Shown here piece by piece: positions 9,978 to 19,707 of a stretch of DNA of 62,219 nt. Where the stretch lies: the IMG/VR virus record IMGVR_UViG_3300033148_004507; one strand, 5' to 3'. The translations under genes were made by a program, and so were the position numbers. This DNA comes from a virus. Its lineage: Duplodnaviria > Heunggongvirae > Uroviricota > Caudoviricetes. The notes under the pieces were generated by a model, which saw only the letters and a program-made list of their open reading frames with translations, was not told where the DNA came from and searched no databases. Each line of letters opens with the position of its first letter. Position 1 is the stretch's first letter.

Positions 9978-10377
9978 GCGAAAGCCTAAGTTCGAGATGC
10001 CAGACGGTCATGAACAAATGCCTATACTCACGGAGCCAGCCGAGATTAAAGAAATCGAGGAAGAGCATGAGGTCACTGATGAGGTATTAGAAGATACTCC
10101 AATCATTGTAAGCGATTCTAAGCGAGGTTCTGGTCATGCCGACTTCAAGGTTAAGGTCAAGAGTTATTGTCTTGTAAAAGGCAGTATCGAGACTAAGGAT
10201 TTAAGATTAAAGGTCATATCGGTATATGACCTGTCGGGTGTAGAAAACATACCTGATGCAGAGATGTTGGGGGTGGAGGTTAATTCATTTGTCGGCAACT
10301 CTCTAGGGGCGATTGAAAAGAATGCGGGGATGATTGCGAAATCATTGACTGTATTAACGAGAGGGGGGGACGAATGA
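9970..10377 (+). CDS. Hypothetical protein
   Basis: RBS, overlap with upstream gene. Confidence 0.65.
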   Translation: MGKRKPKFEMPDGHEQMPILTEPAEIKEIEEEHEVTDEVLEDTPIIVSDSKRGSGHADFKVKVKSYCLVKGSIETKDLRLKVISVYDLSGVENIPDAEMLGVEVNSFVGNSLGAIEKNAGMIAKSLTVLTRGGDE

Positions 10378-10476
10378 TGGGAGAGTCTGAACTTTGTCAA
10401 CTATGTGGATACCCTCAAGAATCATTAAAGCATCTATATTTTTGCGAATCAAGAGAGAACAAGAAGGAGGAATAAT

Positions 10477-10698
10477 ATGAATGAAAAATTAATGGAAGAG
10501 TTTGAGAAAAAGTCGTATGAATTGGGAATAACGAAGATGGAATTAGAGGTCAAGGAGAAAGAACTAACGGTGGCGAATGGAGAAATGTGGAACATGAGAT
10601 GCAAGGAAGAGGCCAAGCTGGAACGAGAGATTCAGATGGAGAGATTAGCCTATTTCAAGAACCTCAATGCAGGAAACATATCTCCGATTATCAAGTAA
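10477..10698 (+). CDS. Coiled-coil protein
   Basis: GGAGG RBS. Confidence 0.65.
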   Translation: MNEKLMEEFEKKSYELGITKMELEVKEKELTVANGEMWNMRCKEEAKLEREIQMERLAYFKNLNAGNISPIIK

Positions 10699-10706
10699 GG
10701 TGTAAG

Positions 10707-10871
10707 ATGAGCTACCAGAGTATCCCTTATGTGATTGTCGAGTGCGATGGCTGTGGTGTAGAGCATCCATATTCGCCTAATATAAGTGCAGGTTTCATTA
10801 GGGGGAAAGATGTGGGTTGGCTCTACAAGGATAGGGAGGAACATTGTCCTAAGTGCAAGGGGAATATTTAA
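10707..10871 (+). CDS. Zn-ribbon microprotein (CDGC...HCPKC)
   Basis: Start moved to ATG 10707. Confidence 0.55.
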   Translation: MSYQSIPYVIVECDGCGVEHPYSPNISAGFIRGKDVGWLYKDREEHCPKCKGNI

Positions 10872-11563
10872 TGAAAGAAATCTTCTGCGAACATTGCCAC
10901 ATGAAAACCGTCCATGAGAGGATGGTCAAAAAGAAGAGGTCAGATATAATTCAGTTAGTCTGTTCAGACTGTGGTAACATATCTAAGAAAGTAAAGGCTA
11001 CAAAGAAAGAGAAAGGTCAAAAGCAGGTGAGCATCAACGATGTCATGGATACCAAGCGTATGGATTTCGATGTGCAGGATGGAGAAAAGACACAGATATA
11101 TGGAGAAATCGCAGAACTTTTAGCTCGTAATTTCTTGACAAGGAATAGAAGCCTACTAATTAAGCAAATAATAGGAGGGATGGTAGGGAATTCTACACTA
11201 CAAATGTTCCAGACACAGCCGACTACAGACAAGGTAATTGGCAGTATTACACACATCAAGAGTAAGAGATTAATTCATGGCTGGAACGGTGATTTTGGAT
11301 TCATATTAAACAATGAGTTGTTGGGTAAATCGGCGATTATATTTGAGGTCAAATCAGGTCAAGGTAAACTAACAGAATCTCAAGAGAAATTCTTCGAAGA
11401 GGTGTATGCAGAAGATGACAAATCTTGCTTTATGAAAGGTCTTAGTAATCTCAAGATAATTATAATTCGAATATATGATTTAGATTTAAGGAAAGGCCAT
11501 TATAAACTGAGTATGGTTGATTATGCGAACTATCGTAAAGGTCTGGAGGTAAATCGTGGTTAA
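10871..11563 (+). CDS. Zn-ribbon + PD-(D/E)xK (VRR-NUC-like) nuclease
   Basis: CEHC/CSDC; GDFGFI...IFEVKSGQGKLTESQEKF. Confidence 0.7.
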   Translation: MKEIFCEHCHMKTVHERMVKKKRSDIIQLVCSDCGNISKKVKATKKEKGQKQVSINDVMDTKRMDFDVQDGEKTQIYGEIAELLARNFLTRNRSLLIKQIIGGMVGNSTLQMFQTQPTTDKVIGSITHIKSKRLIHGWNGDFGFILNNELLGKSAIIFEVKSGQGKLTESQEKFFEEVYAEDDKSCFMKGLSNLKIIIIRIYDLDLRKGHYKLSMVDYANYRKGLEVNRG

Positions 11564-12557
11564 GAGCAGTCCATCAGGCATAGACATCCAGAGGGCATTA
11601 TTGAGGGAGCTTAAATCATGCTCTCCTTATCTGAAGAAAGAAGCATTCAAGTTTGATGTTGCATTGTACATCCCGAAGGGTGGCGAGTTCATTGTGGACG
11701 ACCCGAAGGATTTTCATTGTTGGCACAAGTTCAGGAGAATATATTGCAAGAAGAAATGGGGCGAGGTCTATGGCGAATATGTAATTCCTGAAGATGAAAG
11801 GAATGAAAGGCTTGTAGAATTAAAAAAGACAAAGCCACATGCCTGGGGCATAGAGATACCTCAGTTTAGGTACAAAGGCAAAGAATATCTGAGGGAGGAA
11901 GATTTCTGGAAATCCAATGCAAAGAAGGACTTAGCGATATGTAATCAACCAGATTGCATATGGATTGATGATATTGTCAAGAGCAATAATCTGATGAAAG
12001 AGTTTGGGTTCAAGGATGATATGTCGGGGCTTCATTTATTCGAGGTCAAATCAGACCTAGACGACCATTCGAGATTAGTATATCAAATTCCAAATATGAT
12101 GAGTATTGCAGATTTTGTGTGGTTGGTGATTGGTGAGAATCAAACAGTGCCAGATTGGTTGCCTCCATATGTGGGAGTTCTGAGGCATAATTCAAAGACA
12201 GATAAGTTCTCAATTGAGAGGCTACACAAAATAAAGTTATTCAATGGTTTGATGTACAGGCATTGCTTTGATGATATTGGTCTGAGGATGAACAATGATG
12301 AAGTATATGCATTTGCGAGATTGAACAGATTATGGAAAATCAATTCGATGTTTAGATTCATGTTTGAGGGCCAGAAAGTCGTGGATATGGAGGATGAGGT
12401 TAAAGTTCTATTAAAATTCTTGAAAAGGGCTGAGAAGGCTATCAACAAAGGCAAGTTCGGGGACTATCAAAAGGATTTATTCGATTTCAAGGGTGATGAA
12501 ATATCGGATGCAGACGAACAGAGTGCAAAAGAGAAATTCAAAGAGAGGGGGCAGTGA
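11556..12557 (+). CDS. PD-(D/E)xK nuclease-like protein (sce7726/MmcB-like)
   Basis: FEVKSDLDDHSRLVYQIPNMMSIADFVWLV. Confidence 0.6.
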   Translation: MVKSSPSGIDIQRALLRELKSCSPYLKKEAFKFDVALYIPKGGEFIVDDPKDFHCWHKFRRIYCKKKWGEVYGEYVIPEDERNERLVELKKTKPHAWGIEIPQFRYKGKEYLREEDFWKSNAKKDLAICNQPDCIWIDDIVKSNNLMKEFGFKDDMSGLHLFEVKSDLDDHSRLVYQIPNMMSIADFVWLVIGENQTVPDWLPPYVGVLRHNSKTDKFSIERLHKIKLFNGLMYRHCFDDIGLRMNNDEVYAFARLNRLWKINSMFRFMFEGQKVVDMEDEVKVLLKFLKRAEKAINKGKFGDYQKDLFDFKGDEISDADEQSAKEKFKERGQ

Positions 12558-12558
12558 A

Positions 12559-12906
12559 ATGGAAACTGACGAAATACCAGAGGGCGAATACTGCAAATAT
12601 TATATAACTCGAAAATCGACATATTTGATGGCAATAATAATATATCTTGTTCAATTTACATATATGTATATAACTCTTGATTTAAACAACGGCCAGATAA
12701 ATTTATTCCTATCACTATTCTTCCTTCTGTTTCTTTTTGGCTCTATGACTGGTAAAACAATACCAGAAGTCATCAAGCCTTTAGCAGAGGCATTTGACCC
12801 AAGAAATGAAGAGAATGATGGTTTCATAATGAAATCAATGAGAAGAATGTACAGGAAGATTAAATCGAAGGAGGCAGAATTAATGGGGGATAAGCATGAA
12901 CGATGA
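12559..12906 (+). CDS. Membrane protein
   Basis: Two TM helices; start moved to ATG 12559. Confidence 0.65.
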   Translation: METDEIPEGEYCKYYITRKSTYLMAIIIYLVQFTYMYITLDLNNGQINLFLSLFFLLFLFGSMTGKTIPEVIKPLAEAFDPRNEENDGFIMKSMRRMYRKIKSKEAELMGDKHER

Positions 12907-13159
12907 AGATAAAGCGATGATGAGTCGAGTTTTCACATATTTTCAATGCGTAATTTACTTCATAGTGGTAGTGGCATTAGTTGTGCTTGTGAAATTAGTT
13001 ATAGAATTGATTCTGAACACGTTACATGGGGGGTTGCGAGTACCTTTTTTTGGATGGGTGCTACTGATAATCGGCTTGTTAATGACATCATATAATTTCT
13101 ATTGTATAACGAAGGTTTTGGTATACGATGACATAATCGTGGGGGATAATGATGGCTAA
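12896..13159 (+). CDS. Membrane protein
   Basis: Two TM helices. Confidence 0.65.
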   Translation: MNDEDKAMMSRVFTYFQCVIYFIVVVALVVLVKLVIELILNTLHGGLRVPFFGWVLLIIGLLMTSYNFYCITKVLVYDDIIVGDNDG

Positions 13160-13502
13160 AGAGGCCGACAATTACATATTGAGGTGTATTGACGATGGTA
13201 AAATATCTGTCGATTGCGAAAAGGGGGAAATATTCCCCCATCATTCTGGTAAGAACTTCAAGCAGATGGTGAATTTGGCAGGTTATCACTACTTAGATTT
13301 CAAATTCTATGGTGAACGGTGGTCTGTGCTTGTACATAGGATAGTATATCTAGCAAAGTATGGTGGAATACCAGAAGGGTATGAGGTTGACCATATAGAT
13401 AGAAACACTCATAATAATATAATATCAAATTTAAGGGCAGTGACCATAAAGGAAAATATGAAGAACACAGGGAGGAAATCAAGTGCTATGTCCAAAGTGT
13501 AA
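13149..13502 (+). CDS. HNH endonuclease (HNH_3 type)
   Basis: VHRIVY...VDHIDRNTHNNIISNLRAVT. Confidence 0.85.
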   Translation: MMAKEADNYILRCIDDGKISVDCEKGEIFPHHSGKNFKQMVNLAGYHYLDFKFYGERWSVLVHRIVYLAKYGGIPEGYEVDHIDRNTHNNIISNLRAVTIKENMKNTGRKSSAMSKV

Positions 13503-13608
13503 AGACATTGAAGTAGTAGTTCATCAGGCATACCCGCCATCGCCAGATTGGTGGATGTGTCCTGTGTGTAAAGAAAGTGGAGTTGCCCCACATTCAGGAG
13601 GGCTATAA
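13483..13608 (+). CDS. 41-aa Zn-ribbon microprotein (CPKC...CPVC)
   Basis: GGAGG RBS, GTG start, abuts next gene. Confidence 0.55.
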   Translation: MLCPKCKDIEVVVHQAYPPSPDWWMCPVCKESGVAPHSGGL

Positions 13609-13818
13609 ATGGAACGACAAATTAGAATATTCACAAGGGATGGGAAAGAACCAGAAGTATGCGAACAATATGATTGTGATGTGTATGAGGAAATAAACGA
13701 TATAACTATCGAAGAATTAACATTGCATATGAAAGAATTGACAACGGAATTGAATACGGCAATAGATTTATACAATGTAAAAATTAGAGAAATAAGAAAT
13801 AAAAAAGAGGTCGATTAA
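13609..13818 (+). CDS. Hypothetical protein
   Basis: RBS, operon context. Confidence 0.6.
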   Translation: MERQIRIFTRDGKEPEVCEQYDCDVYEEINDITIEELTLHMKELTTELNTAIDLYNVKIREIRNKKEVD

Positions 13819-14148
13819 ATGCCTATTGAAACATTAGATGATATAATAGAGGAGCTTGCAGACGGGTTTGGCATCTACGGGTGTGGTGGAGAAGATGACG
13901 ACCATAAGAACAACTGTGATTGCAGAGTATGTTTCGAGATTGGGACGAAAGAGAGAATCTTAAGGGCCGTAGAATTGGAGAAATCTATAGCGAGAGGCAA
14001 GATAGCCTTTGATGATTTACCATACTATCTTCAAATACATCTGTTAAACCTCGAAGAGAAGATTGAAGATGAAATGGATGGGTTGAGGGTGAAGGCGAGG
14101 GATGATTTGGACGAGGAATTGAAAAAGATAAGGGAGGGGAATAAATGA
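13819..14148 (+). CDS. Hypothetical protein
   Basis: RBS; C...CDCRVC metal-binding motif. Confidence 0.65.
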   Translation: MPIETLDDIIEELADGFGIYGCGGEDDDHKNNCDCRVCFEIGTKERILRAVELEKSIARGKIAFDDLPYYLQIHLLNLEEKIEDEMDGLRVKARDDLDEELKKIREGNK

Positions 14149-14555
14149 AAGCTGAAATATGTGAGATGAAAGAAATCTCAGAGGTTAAGACAAAATATGG
14201 TTTGTTAAAAGAAGGAAGGAATGAGTCATTAAATCTGGAGAATGACCATTTTAGAATTGATATATTTTCCAAAGATGAGGAAACGTATATCAGTTTAAGG
14301 CCGACAATACATCGTCCAGGGCATGACCATGACAATTGTCCCACAATACGATTGATAATACCTGAGAATGGCCTACAGGATTCGGGTGTGAATTCAAAAT
14401 ATGAGCAGAGAAATGGGAGGTTGATAATAGAAACAGATAGCGGTCATATTAATTTAGATGTGACATTTGCCAACTATGTCTGGAATAAATTCACAGGGAG
14501 TTTCTGGGACATATATAATTTCTTAGAGAAAAAGACAAAGGAGGGGAATAAATGA
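14145..14555 (+). CDS. Hypothetical protein
   Basis: ATGA overlap, RBS. Confidence 0.65.
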   Translation: MKAEICEMKEISEVKTKYGLLKEGRNESLNLENDHFRIDIFSKDEETYISLRPTIHRPGHDHDNCPTIRLIIPENGLQDSGVNSKYEQRNGRLIIETDSGHINLDVTFANYVWNKFTGSFWDIYNFLEKKTKEGNK

Positions 14556-15274
14556 AAGCTGAAAAGTTAATCGAGAATTTTATGAGTGAGGAGCCACCGA
14601 GCTTCATACCGAATTTAGAGGTGAACTTTCGTGAGGTCGAAGATTGCATCTGTGTAATGTGCGGGGAGCAGAAGGCAGAGGTTGTAATTACAAACCCTAA
14701 TGGAGATTGGGACGACAGTGGAGACTATTGGGATGTCTGCAAAGGGTGTAGTGAGTTCGTTGGTTGGGGCATGGGGAAAGCATTCGATATGTTGATGGAT
14801 ATGCCAGAGCCGTCCAGCCATGTACGATTCCGTGTGGGTAAACAGTTGAGGGTCAGAATGCCTCGAAGAAGGTATGAGATATTGAGAACCTTTGACTTGA
14901 GAATGAAACATAAGATTGATGACGATGGACTATTGTTCATGTTGGCAGATATGGAATTCACAGACAAGGAAATAGAGAGGGGTAGTAAGGAATATATGAA
15001 ATTAATGATGATGTATTATAAAAAGAAAATGAATCGCACACTGAGAAAAAATAAGCGTGATAGATTTTTCTTTTTTAAGTATCATTTTTTGTGGTGGCTA
15101 TTGTTTGGATACATGGCTATTGTGGCTAAGATATTTGAAAGTTCTGAATTAAGATTCATCGCATTGATTTGGTTATGGAGTTTAGTTATGGCCGATATAA
15201 TCAATGCATGGAAATCATGGAGAGAAATCAAGAAGCTCGATAAGAAGTTAAAGGTGGTGGGTATGGATGAGTGA
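14552..15274 (+). CDS. Zn-finger protein with C-terminal TM pair
   Basis: CVMC/CKGC; two hydrophobic helices. Confidence 0.65.
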   Translation: MKAEKLIENFMSEEPPSFIPNLEVNFREVEDCICVMCGEQKAEVVITNPNGDWDDSGDYWDVCKGCSEFVGWGMGKAFDMLMDMPEPSSHVRFRVGKQLRVRMPRRRYEILRTFDLRMKHKIDDDGLLFMLADMEFTDKEIERGSKEYMKLMMMYYKKKMNRTLRKNKRDRFFFFKYHFLWWLLFGYMAIVAKIFESSELRFIALIWLWSLVMADIINAWKSWREIKKLDKKLKVVGMDE

Positions 15275-15683
15275 TACGGAGTGTTGGTTCTGTCATGGGG
15301 ACTTTAATACGTGGGAGAGATTGAGAAAGCATCTGGCGAAGCACAGGGTCGTTGAGAATTGGACTGTGACTATGTTGACAATGGATTCATACAAGAGGTT
15401 AAGAAGGCTCTTTTGGATAGAATATGAGAAGGCCGAGGGGCATTGTAAGCCAGGTGAGCCATCAGTGTCAATCTCGTACATTATTCAGAATGATGATAAC
15501 ATTACAGGTAAATGGATTTGTCACATATATTCCTACCTTGTGGAGATTCGGGATTCTACTGGTCAGTCGGGCCGAGGCTATGATTATGAGGCTAAGACAT
15601 TGAATGCTTTGGCCGAGGTTATAGACAAGGCTATAACAGAAGCCGAGGACGGTAAGTGGGATGTACCTATGGGGGAATCATGA
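15267..15683 (+). CDS. C2H2-type Zn-finger hypothetical protein
   Basis: CWFC...LRKHLAKH. Confidence 0.6.
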   Translation: MSDTECWFCHGDFNTWERLRKHLAKHRVVENWTVTMLTMDSYKRLRRLFWIEYEKAEGHCKPGEPSVSISYIIQNDDNITGKWICHIYSYLVEIRDSTGQSGRGYDYEAKTLNALAEVIDKAITEAEDGKWDVPMGES

Positions 15684-15832
15684 TGCCTTCACCGAAAGTA
15701 TATCCGAATAAAAATTATAGGTGTAAGTTAGGTAGAAAGACCTGTTCATTGGCATGTGCAATGATATTTGATGGAGAGGATGAAACTATTCAGGTATGTG
15801 AGAATTTAGAATGTTTTGTGGGGGAATCTTAA
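15680..15832 (+). CDS. 50-aa Cys-containing microprotein
   Basis: Fills the gap with ATGA and TAATG overlaps. Confidence 0.45.
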   Translation: MMPSPKVYPNKNYRCKLGRKTCSLACAMIFDGEDETIQVCENLECFVGES

Positions 15833-16404
15833 TGACATACACAACAATTTATTCAGTGCCGAAGGAAGGTGAACTAAAGATGGAAGCCGAGTTAGGCACT
15901 GCACACTGGTCTGCTCCAGCAGTATGGACTATGGTGTGCGAAGAATGGTTGGATGACAAGGATTACCATTTCCTTCAGACAGATTGCTCAAAATTGTGGG
16001 CATTGTCTGATGATGAGAGATTACCATTCTGGCAGAGAATCGTTCTTGCGACCACATATGATAATGTAATTGTCAAGCTTGAGAATTTACCAAAGGTCAT
16101 ATGGGTTATGAGGGAGTTCTATGTTGAATTCAAGAAGAGATACCCTGAACATGGTTGTCATCTTCCAGAGCAAGCCGATGTGTTGCAGAGGATATTTGAC
16201 GAGGGGACTGCATTCGGTGTTTGTTGGACACAGACATCAGTATGTGCAGATTCATGGGAGGTCTGTGAAAAATGTGAATGCTGTGGTCAATATCTGGAAG
16301 ATGGCGAGATAAGATTATTCGATTTATCAAAGGACGATGATTATGGAGCATGGCTATTATTCAATATTGAAGGACTAAAGGATTTTGAGTTGGAGGGTAA
16401 GTAA
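15832..16404 (+). CDS. Conserved-looking phage hypothetical protein
   Basis: Start moved to ATG 15832; 190 aa. Confidence 0.65.
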   Translation: MTYTTIYSVPKEGELKMEAELGTAHWSAPAVWTMVCEEWLDDKDYHFLQTDCSKLWALSDDERLPFWQRIVLATTYDNVIVKLENLPKVIWVMREFYVEFKKRYPEHGCHLPEQADVLQRIFDEGTAFGVCWTQTSVCADSWEVCEKCECCGQYLEDGEIRLFDLSKDDDYGAWLLFNIEGLKDFELEGK

Positions 16405-16661
16405 TGGATGATAAATTGTTAAAAGGCTTTGAAATTGTATTGTATAGAAATGGGGTAATATTATCGTTGCTTCCTCTATACTTATTGACATTCGGAACAT
16501 TTTTAGGAATAATGGTTTCTATAAACTCGGAATTAATATTTTATATGGTTGGTTTCTCTATAGAGTTCAGCATAGCAATAACTCTTACGGTAATGCTTAC
16601 GATGTTTGCATTTAATAAAAGGAGGGGCCAGAATGAGAATCAAATTCAAAACAAATGGTAA
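16404..16661 (+). CDS. Membrane protein
   Basis: Two TM helices. Confidence 0.6.
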   Translation: MDDKLLKGFEIVLYRNGVILSLLPLYLLTFGTFLGIMVSINSELIFYMVGFSIEFSIAITLTVMLTMFAFNKRRGQNENQIQNKW

Positions 16662-17217
16662 GGTAATAGAATTATCGAGTGAAGGCCATAGCAAGACGAA
16701 ATTAGTCAAGGTGAGGAAAATCCATAAATGTGGCGACTGCACCAGAGATATTGAGGTTGGCGAGATGGCATACCATCATAGCTATTCAGATGGATATAAA
16801 TACCACAACGATTACATTTGTCCAGATTGCTATGAAATAGTTGATGATAAAACAGAGATGTCTCACTGCACCTGTTCAGAAGAAAATGATAAAGGACATG
16901 TCAAGACATCGATTTCAAGTTGCTTAGTTCATGGGACTATAATTACATACATTTACGGAAGATTAGAAAATAAACATTTCAAATGTTCTGGCTGTGGATG
17001 TTGTATGTCTGGGGTTCGTGAAGATAATTTCTATGAGGGCAAGTGGTATGGTGATTTACACTGTGACAACCCATATTGCAAAGACCCCGAATCGAGACAC
17101 ATATGCAAATGGTGGTTAGGCGACAATCAGAAAATGAAACAAGAATTAATTGATAAAGAAATACAGAGAAGAATGGACAACAATCTGCCAATGGGTAAGG
17201 TGGAGGAATCAGAATGA
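16633..17217 (+). CDS. Multi-Zn-finger protein
   Basis: CGDC/CPDC, CSGC and other Cys clusters. Confidence 0.65.
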   Translation: MRIKFKTNGKVIELSSEGHSKTKLVKVRKIHKCGDCTRDIEVGEMAYHHSYSDGYKYHNDYICPDCYEIVDDKTEMSHCTCSEENDKGHVKTSISSCLVHGTIITYIYGRLENKHFKCSGCGCCMSGVREDNFYEGKWYGDLHCDNPYCKDPESRHICKWWLGDNQKMKQELIDKEIQRRMDNNLPMGKVEESE

Positions 17218-17597
17218 AAAAGCCACAGTTCATAGAGGAAGAGGAGGTGGGGATGATGAGTTTAAGATATTGTAAATCATGCGAGAGAAAGACGAATCAT
17301 GCAAAAGTGACAGAGCATGGGAATCAGATATACTATTTAGTCTGTGATGAATGTGGAAAGATGCAGAAGAAACAGTCACCACCGCAGAAGAAGATAATCA
17401 CATCAGACCAATATCCCGATGGAGTGCTGAGCATCGAAAAAGAAAATAGAGCATATATCAAAACTCCTCAATGCGGTGTCAGATTTCCACCATCTCCTCA
17501 TTGTAAAGTTCATGGAGCAATGCTAAGATATGAACATAATATATGGCGATGTGTTGAATGTGGATTTGCAGTAAAGTGGAAAAAGGGGTATCAGTAA
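17214..17597 (+). CDS. Double Zn-ribbon protein
   Basis: CKSC/CDEC; CKVH/CVEC. Confidence 0.65.
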   Translation: MKKPQFIEEEEVGMMSLRYCKSCERKTNHAKVTEHGNQIYYLVCDECGKMQKKQSPPQKKIITSDQYPDGVLSIEKENRAYIKTPQCGVRFPPSPHCKVHGAMLRYEHNIWRCVECGFAVKWKKGYQ

Positions 17598-17691
17598 TGA
17601 GTGGACGACTATTAGACGACTATCGGACGGTGAATTGACAGTGAGTGGGCAATGGGATGATAATTGGAAATGGAAGGAGAGTGAACACAGA

Positions 17692-18018
17692 ATGGACAAG
17701 ATGTTAGACGGGAAACACATCATGAAGCTAGGTAAGGAGGACTTGGTATTTACGAAAGATTCCTTCTCAGATGATGGTGGTCTTGCATTGCAGTTAACAC
17801 CGCAATTTATGTATTGTTGGAAAGAGGTCACGAAGGGTGTAGCCTACCAGAAGCAGTTCGACACATATGTTCTCAAGGCTCTCGTCATGCATTATGAAAG
17901 AAGTCACAGGATTGAGAAATATGATTTAGATTCGGACAGGGTATCGAGCATTGCCTGTTTAGTCTGTGAGATTAAAGACACATTATTCAAGAGTCAAACA
18001 AAGCTCTTCGGATTTTAG
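17692..18018 (+). CDS. Hypothetical protein
   Basis: ATG 17692 with GGAG RBS; start uncertain. Confidence 0.5.
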   Translation: MDKMLDGKHIMKLGKEDLVFTKDSFSDDGGLALQLTPQFMYCWKEVTKGVAYQKQFDTYVLKALVMHYERSHRIEKYDLDSDRVSSIACLVCEIKDTLFKSQTKLFGF

Positions 18019-18240
18019 AGGGTACGGGCATTGTCGAATGCTGTAAATAACGCCCTTATATATACGTATAATAGACACACAGGTAGTGATGCTAATACAC
18101 ACATGCCTAAATACATTGTAGCATTGTAGAGCCGTTAAAGGGGCTTCATCGGGTGAGGTCGAAGATATTTTGCAATCGGGCTTTCGGGCATGAGATGTCT
18201 CGACTTTTTAGATTTTGAAATTCGGCAGATTTTACGATAC

Positions 18241-18257
18241 AAAAGTATTTAAACAAA
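18241..18257 (+). promoter_or_regulatory. Archaeal BRE/TATA promoter AAAAGTATTTAAACAAA
   Basis: Lies in the intergenic gap upstream of the recombinase; identical 17-mer at 24669-24685. Confidence 0.6.
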
Positions 18258-18344
18258 GACGACTGTATCATTTGATAGAAAACAACACTACACTGGCGAT
18301 ACTCAATACGTTATTGAGGACATAAAATAAATGGAGATAATGAC

Positions 18345-18899
18345 ATGAAACAGAAATTACCGTTAGATTTAGAAGATTTAAAAGAATTAGAGAAGTTTGC
18401 AAAAAATAGAATAGGAGAAGATTCGGATACTTACAAAGCATTTATGATATTTAGATATACGGGGTGTCATGTATCTGTGTTGGTTGAGAAAGAACGGAAA
18501 CTTCATGTAGAAATAGATAAAGATGGGGATTCAAACATAATTTGGTATAGACCGAAAAAGAAGGGGGAATGGGCAAGGTGTGTAATATTAAAACATCCGA
18601 ACATAAAATTCAATATAGATAAGTTTGTGAAGGAGTTCCAGAAAAGAAAGAGGAAAAACAATAGATTGTATCTATATAGGTTGATGGAGAACTTAGGAGA
18701 TAAATCTGCGATTGAATTAAAAGAGCCAGTATCTCCGAATACATTAAGGCATTCTTTAGCAATCGAATTATTGAATAAAGGGTGGCAAGATTTAGAAGTA
18801 GCTCAATTGTTAAACGTATCACGCAAGACATTGGATTGGTACGGGAGGCATTCTAATAAAGGTATAAAGAACAAGTTGAAGGAATCGGGATGGAGTTAA
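18345..18899 (+). CDS. Tyrosine recombinase/integrase-fold protein, catalytic domain only, with altered active-site residues
   Basis: YTGCHVS (R to H), SPNTLRHSLA, QLLNVS (LGH missing), DWYG (Tyr kept). Confidence 0.75.
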   Translation: MKQKLPLDLEDLKELEKFAKNRIGEDSDTYKAFMIFRYTGCHVSVLVEKERKLHVEIDKDGDSNIIWYRPKKKGEWARCVILKHPNIKFNIDKFVKEFQKRKRKNNRLYLYRLMENLGDKSAIELKEPVSPNTLRHSLAIELLNKGWQDLEVAQLLNVSRKTLDWYGRHSNKGIKNKLKESGWS

Positions 18900-19292
18900 A
18901 TGAGGCTTAATGTAATTAGATTCAAACCTGTAAAAAACAGGTCAAAGAAATATAAGAGAATAAGAGAGAGATTCGATAAAAAGGATGCCTTATGCCAGTG
19001 GTGTGATATTGGATATGGGGAGAGATTACATCATGTGGATTGTAATCAATCAAATGATAATGAAGAAAATCTATTATGGTTATGTAAAAAATGTAATGAT
19101 AAAGTACATAGAATATTCCCGAATTGGTCAAAGTTAGATGATAGTGATATAATACAAATAATTGGGTTGGGCAAGAAAATGCTAAAGCAGAATCATGAGG
19201 TGATATTAGAAGAGCCTGTAATAATTGTAGATGGCATATCTTTCTATAATCATCAGGATTGGAAGGAATATCTGGAGTCCAACTATGACTGA
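18900..19292 (+). CDS. HNH endonuclease with Zn-binding CxxC pairs
   Basis: CQWC...LHHVDCNQSNDNEENLLWLCKKCNDKVH. Confidence 0.8.
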   Translation: MRLNVIRFKPVKNRSKKYKRIRERFDKKDALCQWCDIGYGERLHHVDCNQSNDNEENLLWLCKKCNDKVHRIFPNWSKLDDSDIIQIIGLGKKMLKQNHEVILEEPVIIVDGISFYNHQDWKEYLESNYD

Positions 19293-19512
19293 CGACTGCG
19301 AACTTTGCGGTAAATCTATCAGAAAGTCTCATAAGCTAGTTGAAGAGATTATGGTCATTGATGATAAGGCTGTGACATTTGAATTCCACTATGCCTGTAA
19401 GAAGGGCATTGATTGGTATCTGGAGTTGAAGGAGCTATGTCGGAAGAATAAGAGAACCAAGAAGCCACTGAAGAGCCAGAAGAAGTTATCGGAGGATGAA
19501 AACGATGGGTAG
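19285..19512 (+). CDS. Small Zn-finger protein
   Basis: CELC...FHYAC; start moved to ATG 19285. Confidence 0.6.
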   Translation: MTDDCELCGKSIRKSHKLVEEIMVIDDKAVTFEFHYACKKGIDWYLELKELCRKNKRTKKPLKSQKKLSEDENDG

Positions 19513-19687
19513 TAAAATGAAGGTATATGATGAGAAAAGAATCGTGATAAGCAAGGAAGAATTGGCTAAAGTTCTTGGATTTGAAGGATATTTGGTAGAA
19601 TTTGTTTGGATAGAGAATGAATATGAGAGGATTCCCGCAGAGGACATTGGTAAGATAGTAATAGAATTAAGAAAAGAGGAAAGATAG
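19505..19687 (+). CDS. Hypothetical protein
   Basis: RBS GGAGGA. Confidence 0.55.
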   Translation: MGSKMKVYDEKRIVISKEELAKVLGFEGYLVEFVWIENEYERIPAEDIGKIVIELRKEER

Positions 19688-19707
19688 ATATAGGGAGTTG
19701 ATTAGAT

